From Takakia lepidozioides (taxonomy: Eukaryota > Plantae > Bryophyta), in assembly GCA_030704615.1 (NCBI GenBank), contig CM060731.1, positions 76,074,001 to 76,138,000 of the forward strand: 64,000 nt of DNA, written 5' to 3'. The position numbers and the translations under genes were made by a program. The notes under the pieces are model-generated. The model was not told where the DNA came from. It searched no databases and saw only the letters and a list, made by a program, of their open reading frames with translations. This document shows positions 13,785-23,950 of this stretch, in pieces. The stretch's first letter is position 1. Each line of letters starts with the position of its first letter.

Positions 13785-14855
13785 CGTTTCTTGCGAGCTG
13801 TCTTCTCTTATCTGTTTGTCTGCCCAATCTTCAGTGAATGCGTCAAGACTTTGTGTTTTGGCTTCTTCCTTGCTTTTGTCACCCTCTCCCATGAATATCT
13901 CTGGTTGGCGCTCAAACCCTGCTGAGCTGTAGATGTTGTCCATGCCAATGCATTCTTCTTCACCAAATCCATGTTTTTGCCCTAAATCCTTGATGTCTTG
14001 GCTGGATTTCTGCAGAATAGGCATCCCATCCTCTATTTTGGCCTTCTTTGCACTTCCCCGTGTCAACATGTTGATGTGGGGTGTTGTTGTAGTCTTATTG
14101 GAGTGTGATCACTTATATGGTATATCTCATCCAACTCATCCAGTGCCTCCAGCTCATTATGAGTGAAGTGACATGATACTTGTGCTGTTGGTTGCATCAT
14201 ATACTCCGTGTTTGGCAGTGGGTAAGCTTCTCCTCCTTCCACGTACTCATTTGATCACTGCAAAAGGTACTCCATACATCTTCCTTTGAGGTCCTGCCCC
14301 TTTTTTTGCTTCTGTGATTGTTTCAGCTTTGCTGAAAGTTTGCCAAGACCCATGTTGGGTTAATGTGTGACGACTGTGTCTCATGTTATTACAGATTTTG
14401 CACAGTGTTCTTTGTTTGGGCCTTCTGATGCCTTGTCTGATGGACTCAGGTTTGTCAAAATCAACTTGTATCCACTCTGCTTCCATGTTGTTGCTGTCAG
14501 CAGCTTGTTCTTTTGCCAGCTGAACCCCGACAGGACCTGGGTCTTCCATTTTGCCCGCATTAGAGCATTTCCCAATGTCTGTAGTTGCTTCATCCTTCCT
14601 CAACTCCGCCCTCTCTTTGGCAGGTTGCGCACCTTCACCACCTTTGTTGTTTTTTGATTTGCACATGGTATCTGCTGCTTGCGTATCCTCATTGTAGTAT
14701 TGAATATGCTCTGTAGGCATTGGCCTTACAAAGCCATTGTGCTTACTCTGGGTTTGGGTGGTAAAACTTGGTCTGACCGCTGTCTGTTGATGCATCAAAG
14801 ACACACCCATGCTGCTGCTTCCATTCCATCCCTCTGGGTTCTCTTTCCAATCACA
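13785..14855 (-). mobile_element. ~1.07-kb insertion splitting one leader unit; possibly a LINE ORF1-like fragment
   Basis: The host unit breaks at CCCTCTTATC (~13784) and resumes at AGAATCGGCCC (~14857). The insert carries charged, low-complexity minus-strand ORFs 14247..14810 and 13752..14069. Family assignment is a guess. Confidence 0.4.
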
Positions 14856-15361
14856 GAATCGGCCCTAAATTGCCATGTTGAATTCTGCAAGTTAGCTGGT
14901 TGAGTGAATCTAGTTTGCAGCGAGTTTGACATGATACTGCCAATATGACAACATGAAAGTATGTAACAGAGATGAGGAGAAGTTGTGGAATGGATACTAT
15001 TGTGACCCCAGTTAACGGTGAGACAATCGAGGCAAAAAGGTGAGTGTCTGTTAGATTACAGAGAGTAACGACGCAATTCAACATAGGAACTAGGGTCATA
15101 AGCTGAGTTGGGTATCTAGGCTGTTATTGTCAGCTGCTAGCAGCAAGGCAAGGATGAATGCATGATTTGTACAGACGCATGGATAGCTGAAGAAGCAAGG
15201 ATAGAGAGTGGGTACAGATTCTTCCAAGAGGGCCAGATTTCAAGCACAAAATTATCTATGATTCCCTGTGGATCAATAGCCACAAGAAACCTGCATGGGT
15301 AGATGGTCAACTGAAGGCAGCTGCTGCAGCGGCACAGTTGATAAAACCAGGCACCTCAACC

Positions 15362-18270
15362 ATGACCACAGCTTCTGGAAGCGGATCAAGAGAGGGAGTC
15401 CACAATGTCTCTTCTGGCACTTATGGGCATGTGAAGATGCTTTGTGAGGCAGGCAGACTGACAGAGACTCTACAAACTTTAAACCAAGGAGGCATTTCAG
15501 CAGATTCAGATACGTATGTCTGCCTCTTGCATAAGTGCATCAAGGTGAAAGGCCTGGAAGCTGAAAAGCAGGTGCAAACTCACATTATCCAAAGTGGATT
15601 CACGCCAAATGTTTTTCTCCTCAACACCCTTGTCAACATGTATGTTAAGTGCGGGAGCATCATGGATGCTAACCAAGTGTTCAACAGAATGATCAATGAT
15701 CTTTGATCACGTGGAATATAATGTTGGGAGGATTTACCAAGCATGGGTGTGGTAGGAATGCTTTGGAGACCTATGAGCAAATGATTGGGGAAGGGGTGAA
15801 GCCTGACCACATCATGTTTGTTGCGTTTGCAGTGCGCGTGCAAGCCTGGCAGCCCTAGAAAAGGGCAAAGAGGTGCATGGTGACATCGTCAGAGCTGGAA
15901 TCGTACCAGATGTGATCCTGAACACTGCCCTGGTGGACATGTATGCCAAATGTGGGAGCATTGAGGATGCAAAGGGAGTATTCAACAATCACTACAACAC
16001 ATCGCGGTATTTATGATTGTATATATGACTATTCTGCAGTCATAAACGGTACATATGACTTCTATGACTGTAAGTCGTGCAAACCAAGTCAATACAATGA
16101 CTACAGGATGATACGGTCCGGATGACTACAGTCATATGAACCAAGTGATATCTCTCACTGCAGTCATATATACCATACTGCAGCCGCCGCTGCCGCGCCA
16201 CGTGGCGAGGCACAATTGATTTAAAAAATTAAATTAAATAAAAAAATAAAAAAATAAAACATATCATAAACGCCGCGTCGCACCGCATTGTGCCACGTGG
16301 CATAATGTATTTTATAATAATGAAAAAACCACATGGCAGTCCATCTAGGGTACCACGTGCTATCCTTAGCTCGCCTACTAACCCTAGTGCCATCTTATCC
16401 ATTTGATTGTACTTAGAGGAGTTTGAACCTGCAATCTCTTTACTATAAGAGTTATAGTTCACTACCTGTTAACCAATACACCCATTAGTCATTCATATGA
16501 TCATATGGTGTTTTAATTGTATTATACACACCAAATTACAAAATCCCCAATAGTCATCATGACTATATAACCTCATCCATGTACACTGTAATCATGGAAA
16601 TGACTATGGATGGTGAACTAAATCTGGTCAATTGTCGTTGACCAGCCTTCCGCCCATTCCGGAGCCATGTAGTCATACAGACGACTATTTAGATAGCTGT
16701 TTATATGACTACAGTCGTATGAACGACTGCGGGAGGTCAATTTCATATAAAAACATGGTGCAGTCATGGTCAAAGTCATGAAAACCATGACTACCACGGT
16801 TTGGCAGTCATAACTACCGCGATCTGTTGTAGTGAATATGGTTGAACGAAATGTGGTGTCGTGGAGTGCAATGCTCGCAGGGTATACATAGCAAGGGCGT
16901 GGGATGGAGGCTTTGGAGACGTATGAGCAAATGATGTGTGAAGGGATGAAGCCCGACCACATCACGTTTGTGTGCGTTTGCAGTGCGTGTGCAAGCCTGG
17001 CAGCCCTCGAAAAGGGCAAAGAGGTGCATGGTGACATTGTCAGAGCTGGAATCATACCAAATGTGATCCTGAACACTGCCCTGGTGGACATGTATGCCAA
17101 ATGTGGGAGCATCAAGGATGCAAATGGAGAGTTCAACAATATGGCTGAACGAAATGTGGTGTCGTGGAGTGTGATGCTCGCAGGGTATACACAGTAGGGG
17201 CACGGGATGGAGGCTTTAGAGACGTATGAGCAAATGATGTGTGAAGGGATGAAGCTCGACCACATCACGTTTGTGTGCGTTTGCAGTGCGTGTGCAAGCC
17301 TGGCAGCCCTGGAAAAGGGCAAAGAGGTGCATGGCGACATCGTCAGAGCTGGAATCATACCAGATGTGATCCTGAACACTGCCCTAGTGGACTTATATGC
17401 CAAATGTGGGAGCATCAAGGATGCAAAGGGAGTGATCAACAATATGGCTGAACGAAATGTGGTGTCGTGGAGTGCGATGCTCGCAGTGAATGCACAACAG
17501 GGGCGCGGGATGGAGGCTTTGGAGATGTATGAGCAAATGATGTGCGTAGGGGTGAAGCCCGACCTCATCACGTTTGTGTGCACTCGCAATGCTTGTGCAA
17601 GCTTGGCAGCCCTGGAAAAGGGCAAAGAGGTGAATGGTGACATCATCAAAGCTGGAATTGTACCAAATGTCATTCTGAACACAGCCATGGCAGCTCTGGA
17701 AAAGGGCTTGCAAAGAGGTCCATGGCGACATCATCAGGGCTGGAATTGTACCAAATGTCATTTTGAACAATACCCTGGTGGACATGTATGCAAAATATGG
17801 GTGCAGGAGCAAACATGTATGTTAAGTGCAGGAGCATCATGCATGCATGTTCACGAAGTTTTCAACAGAATGTCTCAATGATCTTTGATCACGTGGAATA
17901 TAATGTTAGCAGGATTTACCAAGCATGGGTGTGGTAGGAATGCTTTGGAGACCTACGAGCAAATGCTGCGCGAAGGGGTGAAGCCCAACCACATCACATT
18001 TGTTTGTGTTTGCAATGCGTGTGCAAGCCTGGGACCTCTGGAAAAGGGGAAAGAGGTCCATGGTGACATCATCAAAGCTGGAATTGTATCATATGTCATT
18101 CTGAACACTGCCCTGGTGGACATGTATGCGAAATGTGGGTGCATTAAGGATGCGAAGGGAGTTTTCAATACTATGGTTGAACGAGATGTGGTGTCATGGA
18201 ACGCGATGCTTGCAGGGTATGCAAAGCAGAGATATGGTATGGAGACCTATGATCAAATGATGGGGGAAGG
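15362..18270 (+). pseudogene. PLS-class PPR pseudogene array with no E/DYW domain, interrupted by CACTA
   Basis: N-terminus MTTASG..VKMLCEAGRL..ADSDTYVCLLHKC.. is followed by near-identical 303-bp P1-L1-S1 triplets (VVSWSAMLAGY..GMEALETYEQM..PDHITFVCVCSACASLAALEKGKEVHGDIVRAG..ILNTALVDMYAKCG). In-frame stops at ~16889, 17195 and 17879; frameshifts at ~15693, ~15820 and ~17710; CACTA insertion at 15990. Confidence 0.9.
15990..16834. mobile_element. Non-autonomous CACTA (En/Spm) element, 845 bp
   Basis: TIRs CACTACAACACATCGCGGTA and TACCGCGATCTGTTGTAGTG. Perfect 3-bp TSD AAT (15987-15989 and 16835-16837). ATGACT/AGTCAT subterminal repeats. Removing it restores the PPR reading FNNMVERNVVSW. Confidence 0.95.
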
Positions 18271-19479
18271 GGGCACCTTCTTCAATAGCTCACAGCGGCT
18301 ACAAGTGGGTAGATGGTCAACTGGAAACAGCAGCGGCAGCAGCATAATTCATAAAACAAGGCGCTACTAATGAAGGTACCTTTTTCAACATATTTCACCT
18401 TGTTTTCCCTACTATCAGAGTCGTCCCTAAATTTTAATGTTGAATTCTGCAAGTTAGTTCGTTGGTGGATCTATGGTAGTTTTGGAGTGATTTTGACATG
18501 TTACTGCCAATGTGGTCGACAGGAAAGTATCGAAAAATAGATAATAGAGACTCGAGGAGAAGCTTTAGGATGAATACGTTCCCGACCTCAGTCAATGGTG
18601 GAACAATCGAGGCAAAAGGTGAATGCCTGTTGGAAGCAGACGCAAGTCAGCATAGGAACTAGTGTGATAAGTAGGGTTGGGGTGTTTGCTCAAGCAATTC
18701 TAGGCTGTCATTGTCAGCTGCTAGCAGCAAGGCGAGGATGTATGCATGATTTGTGCAGGGGCATGGATAGCTGAAGGAGCATGGATAGATGTGTGGGTCC
18801 AGATTCATCCAAGAGGGCCGGATTTCAAGCTCCGTATTACCTATGATTCCATGTGGAAGGATAGGTACAAGAAACCTTCATGGGTAGATGGTCAACTGGA
18901 AGCCGCAAGCGGCACAATTGATCAAATCAGGCACTGTTAATCAAGGCACCTTCTTCAACACATTTTACCTTGTTTTCCCCTCTTATCAAATCGGCCGTAA
19001 GTATTGCACTGTTTAACAGGGTTCTTGATTCTAGTAGCATCAGAACAAACTAGTATTATAACAATTCAGCCCATGTGTGGGCTTGCTTATTTTTTGCTTA
19101 CTGGACCTTTTCAGGCATGGATTTTTGAACCTTGTGGCCTTTGAGGTGTCCATTGCGACATTGGTCTCATTTGGATTTTTGTAATATAGTTTACAGGGTG
19201 TATATTCCCCTGTACTTGTCTATTTTGAATGTCTTTGTGGTTGCTAGTATGCAAGAGTATGCAAGAGGGGTCCATTCTGTTTTTCTATCAGAATTTCACT
19301 ATGTAATGAAGAATTTAAATCATTTAATCTATTTTTATTTTATATAAAATTATTAAATTAAACAACAATACCATTTAATAAAATTTTCCAAACTACTATC
19401 CCCTGTTTTCAAAAATAAAATATAAATTTAAGAATTTAAAATTACAAATATAATTATTAAATTATTTTCAGAGACATTC

Positions 19480-19874
19480 TTGATGACACGTGGCATAAAC
19501 CCTGCCATATATGCTAGTCATATATTATGTCTAAGTACCACATGTCACATCTGAAGTGCAACATGTGTCGTGATGTGTCGCTTGCGCAGTGGTGCACGTG
19601 TTCCTCTAAAGCCTCTCCATGTAGGCAACGCTCATCAGACAATGTAGTCATATAGTTAGTCGTATATAAGTCATAGAGTTGTAACTACATCACTCTCTTA
19701 TGCATGACTCCAGGCGCCATGCACGCAGTCACGGCTATGACTTGCAAAATGCAGTCATAAAGACTAGTCACTATGACAGGGTTTTTTTCACTACAGAATG
19801 ATGTAGTCATGAAAGCATATATGACTGAAAAAATAGTCATATGTGCAGTCATAAAACGCTCATCTGCTGTAGTG
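19480..19874. mobile_element. CACTA right arm (related family)
   Basis: Ends GCAGTCATAAAACGCTCATCTGCTGTAGTG (reverse complement CACTACAGCAGATG), preceded by a dense AGTCAT/ATGACT array. Confidence 0.75.
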
Positions 19875-20209
19875 TTGGGACAGCTGACCACTAAACCCTA
19901 GTATCCATACCACTAAACCAAAGGCGTGTCAGTATGCTCACGTGGTAGCGTCGCTGAACCTCGTGGCTAGGTACAGACCAGTGTTGGACGACTATTTGGT
20001 TTCTTTCATAACCTCCCGTTCCGGTTTTTATAAAATCTTAGAATTAAAGAACCATCAGTTTAGGCTTTTTCATTTAATTTTTATGAAAAGAACCACCAAT
20101 TTTTTCATTTTTGTTTTTTTGAAAGAACCAGCAATTTCAATTAATTGTAAGAACTGGCGGTTTTCATCAACTAACTAGTGATCTTTGGCGGATCTTTGAT
20201 GGTTTTCAG

Positions 20210-21092
20210 GAGGGGTTGGATGAACATGAGCACAACCCACGGTCACGGGGGTTTTATGTTTTTAAATCACATCACAAGAGTTTTATGTTTCAAAACGGAA
20301 TAAAACCATTGGCGGATATAGAGAAACGGTGCATTTATAGGGCTTATGTGCCTATTTTTGTGCCTAATTCTGACCCTAATGCGAAATATGCATCCATAAT
20401 GTATATCTATAAGCTACAAGTTCCACATAATTACACCTTTGGTATCGACAAAAGAATAACACATTAGGGAAAATCAAAGTTACAATAACCAACACCATCC
20501 AAAAAACACAAATATCAAATAATAATTGAACAATTTAATATAATGAGGCAAACAACGGGTTTCGTCAGCGAAATAAATCAAGGTTTCGGGTTTTGCCAGT
20601 GAAAGTTCAAGGTCTTGTTGCGTAGGTCATTATCCAATGGTTTCGTGGGCGAAATAAAATGAGTTGCGTTTGGTTTTGCATATAAGGGACGACATGAGGT
20701 TGTTTTTATTTCGCTACCGAATTGTTACGTGCTTATTGCAGTAGGTTATTACCCACATTTTCGTGGGCGAAACAAAATGAATTGTGTGTGGTTTCGCATA
20801 TTAGTGATTGCTACGAGCGTCAACATCACATGATTAAATCAGCAAATATTAATCAACGAGAATTGTTGATGGAGATGGAAAGCGTGTTCTTGTTGCAAAG
20901 TAATGACAAAACGCCTGGGCATAGGGCCCAATGCCTCAACTTCGCATGGCTTGTGCTCACATGAGTACAAATTTCACGTTTTAGTTTCGCTAAAGCATTT
21001 TTCCAAGATGGAATATGTGGCATATCATCTTCTGCTCACGTGAACAAGCACACGGACAGGAGGCGTGAGCCTGCGCACATGCTACCCAACCT
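20210..21092. mobile_element. Non-autonomous TIR DNA transposon, copy 2, nested in another repeat
   Basis: Ends GAGGGGTTGG...CCCAACCTC flanked by the 8-bp direct repeat GTTTTCAG on both sides. Colinear with 9157-10078. The flanks (19980-20209 and 21093-21240) are an AAAGAACC/GGTT-rich repeat. Confidence 0.82.
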
Positions 21093-21299
21093 CGTTTTCA
21101 GGCTGGTTATTTCAAAACTACGTAAGCGGTGGTTATGAGCTTTTGCCGGTTCTTTTTAGAGTACCAAGGTTATATATCCATATAACCTTCTTGATAACTT
21201 CTCGGGGTTTGTAGCTGGATCAAAGAACCTTCCAAGAGTGGTACAAATAGGCTAATTTACTAGAACTATGAAGTGAAACTTTGGTGCATGAAAACAATT

Positions 21300-21614
21300 A
21301 TTGGGGTAGTCTCTGCCGTTAGTCCAAGTGTCACGTGTTATCTAAGTCCAAATGCAATCCCCTATGAATCCAGAGACCCTGCAATCCAAGAAAGCTGATC
21401 ACTCTAGAGACCAAAAGCACTTGAAATTCCATATCTCCCACATTGTAGGTCCAAAAATCATGAGACCAAGCCGGTGCACCCCTCCTCATCGAGGGCTTTC
21501 CAACGGTACCAAGCACCAGGGATGGGGCCTGCGGTTTGGGAGATCTCAACGCTACAAAACAAACAAAACGAAACAAACAAACAAACAAACAAACTACTTT
21601 GCTTCATATATTGA
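21300..21614 (-). mobile_element. Helitron-like non-autonomous element, copy 1 (internally shorter)
   Basis: Shares CCAAGTGTC..CTAAGTCCAA..CAATCCCC and CCAAAAAT(C/T)ATGAGACCAAG..GGGCTTTCCAACGGTACC..(AAAC)n..GCTTCATATA with 32477-33149. Confidence 0.6.
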
Positions 21615-22002
21615 TTCCTGGTCGGGTTCCGCCGTTTGAATGAACCATGGTAACTTGTGCCAATGAACTGTTTTTACATCATTTTCTTCCACATGATCAT
21701 AGTGCGTGAGGTGGCGCACGTTCTCCAGTAATTTAGGGAGCAAGTATGCCACCTCTATATTTTTCTAAAGGCCGAGATTACAATGTTTTTTGCGAAACAT
21801 TTTATTTGGGACAATCTTTCTTCACTAAGTTGACCTTAAAGTATGTTGGAGCTTTTTAAATTTTCCAAAAGGACTACCCCAAATTTTCGTAATCGTTTAT
21901 ACGATGCCAAATTTCACATCAAACCAACATTTTAATGCATAGGCTGCTTGGTATGTGTTTTTGTGAGGGTTGACATGAACTATCTATAACAAACCCATTC
22001 AT

Positions 22003-23950
22003 TGCGACCTGAAGCTTCCCTCCAATGGGCCATCCCAAAAACCATCATTTCGCAAATCCCTCTAGAGACGTGACTTACATTACACATAAGTAGTAGGCAA
22101 ATTTTCCGTAGGATCTACGGGAGAAACTCAGAACTCAAATACGTCGAGTAGCATCAAACAGTTTTGGCATCGGTGGCCTCAGAATGGGCTCCTCCTCTTT
22201 AGACCAGAGACTTCCCACCCAAAAAAAAAAAGGGCCACATCATCCTTTACCCAAAGTTGAAACTCACCCTAAGCAAGAGCCTCGTGTGACCACCCAAGCC
22301 AGCCAAGTGTGGCCATCCTGTCACGCCGGCCGGACTCCCACCTGCCGGCAGCACCAAAAGGCCTTCTGTCGAATCAATTCCCTACCCAATGGTTTCCTGA
22401 CAATGATGAAAATTCCGACAAAAAGAAGGACTGAGCCCAAATAAATTAAGAAGAGTGCAAAAATAACCAGATGTGAGGACTTGCTGCGCTTTTCCGTGCG
22501 TCAAAGCATGGCTTCGCTCACCTGTCCTTGTACTTGCTAGCCTGCTCAAGGTCATCACATTAGTCATTTCATCTCATTCCTGGAAGTTCACCTTCGGAGA
22601 ACCTATTCTTTTTCCAGCTATTCTTCAACCTGTCACAGGTTCAAGCCTAGGTACATAATATCACCTCCCCTATCAAAAGAGAATATTGTCCTCAATACTA
22701 AAGTGGGGATAGTTATTTCGAATCTCATCTTCCTACTCCCAGATAGATTCATCTATTAGATAATTCTTCCACTTCATCAAGCATTCTTTCTAGGAACGAG
22801 TTCTAGGAGTTCTGATTCGTGTCTCAGGAATTTGCTCTTGCTCTGCCACAATCTGACCTTCTGCTGTCACCTTTGATAATTAAGGGAGAACATGATTGGG
22901 GTTAGAGACATACTTTCTCAAGAGACTGACGTGGAATACATCGTATCCTCCATCCGGAGGGCAACTCTAGCTTATAGGCTACTTTGCCAACTTTATTTAT
23001 AATCTTGAAAGCTCCACAATACCTTCGAGAAAGCTTATAGCACTTTCCTAGTTTCAATTGACTCTTCTTAGGGATCACTTTAAAAAATATTTGATCTCCA
23101 ATTTCAAATTCTCTAAGACTCAATCTTTTCTGATCCGCATAAGTCTTTGCCTTTTCTTGAGCTTTTTTCATGCTCTCTCTTATCAAGTTTTGCTCTTGCT
23201 GCATCCGTTCTATCATTTGGTTGACACTTTCAACCTTAGTATCAAAAACATGCCAAGATGTAGGTGTCAAGCAATCCTGCCCATAAACAGCTTTAAATGG
23301 ACTTACCCCAATAGCTGTATGCACGTTCTGATTATAGGCAAATTCAACAAATGCAGATACTGCTCCCAAGAGCTTTGTCTTGGCCCCACATACATTTGGA
23401 GCATGTCTTCCAAGGTTCTGTTCAATCTTTTTGTTTGGGCGTCTAACTCAAGATAATAGGCATTGCTAAAACACAACTTTGTATTCAAAGCTCGAAACAA
23501 GGTAGCCAAAATCCTCCTGTAAATTTTGAAACTCTATCAGATATGATTTCCCTTGGCAACCCATACAGTCTAAAAACCTCTTTCACAAAGAGGTTGGTTG
23601 TATCAACTGCAGTAGCAGTCATCTTCGTGGGTATGAAATGTGTCAGCTTTGATAAGTGGTCAACCACCACAAAGATAGCATCATGCCCACTCCAGGTCTT
23701 TGATAATGAGACAATAAAATCCATACTTATGGATTCTCATTCCCCCCTAGGCACATCCAGAGGTTGTAAAAGGCCAGGAGTCTTAATCTATTCGGTTTTG
23801 GTCACCTGACAAAGGAAACATGTCAACATGTTAATCTCCTATGTTTCTTTTCATGCCTAGCCAGAAAAATTGCTTTATGACGAGATACGCTTTCTGAAAG
23901 CTAGGATGGCCCGCAATAGGAACATTATGACAATCATGCATAATTTTCAA
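22003..23950 (-). mobile_element. Degenerate Ty3/gypsy chromovirus 3' part: integrase, chromodomain, PPT and putative 3' LTR
   Basis: Minus-strand frames give HDCHNVPIAGHPSFQK (integrase Zn finger), MDFIVSLSKT..DAIFVVVDHLSKLTHFIP..LYGLPREIISDR, DAQTKRLNRTLEDML, VEFAYN..IGVSPFKAVYG, a GPY/F-like region KLSRRYCGAFKI..VAYKLELP, and chromodomain CLMKWKNYLIDESIWE (~22780). Polypurine tract ATAGGGGAGG at ~22665-22674 is followed by a putative LTR at ~22655-22003. Frameshifted. Confidence 0.9.

Larger units (their letters stand above)
13178..19000 (+). repeat. Tandemly repeated ~560-bp PPR-gene leader/N-terminal unit (3 long copies plus 2 partial)
   Basis: The unit GGCACCTTCTTC..GAATTCTG(T/C)AAGTTAG..CAGATTCATCCAAGAGGGC..TGGGTAGATGGTCAACTG occurs at 13178-13740, 13741-15360 (interrupted) and 18371-18940, with partial copies at 18271-18370 and 18941-19000. 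The second copy runs in frame into the PPR N-terminus. Confidence 0.85.

Noticed and set aside
16618-17688. 356-aa minus-strand ORF with repeats
   Set aside because: It is the antisense shadow of the PPR triplet array and runs into the CACTA element.
18746-18940. WIDVW..HP..TYD read as an EEP/TDP2-type endonuclease motif
   Set aside because: No other EEP motifs (GDFN, RLDR) are nearby, and the homologous unit at ~15200 runs in frame into the PPR N-terminus.
12156-19874. CACTACAAC at 12156 as the left terminus pairing with TAGTG at 19874
   Set aside because: Only 7 contiguous bases match, the flanking trimers differ (TGA versus TTG), and no ATGACT array lies directly inside 12156.
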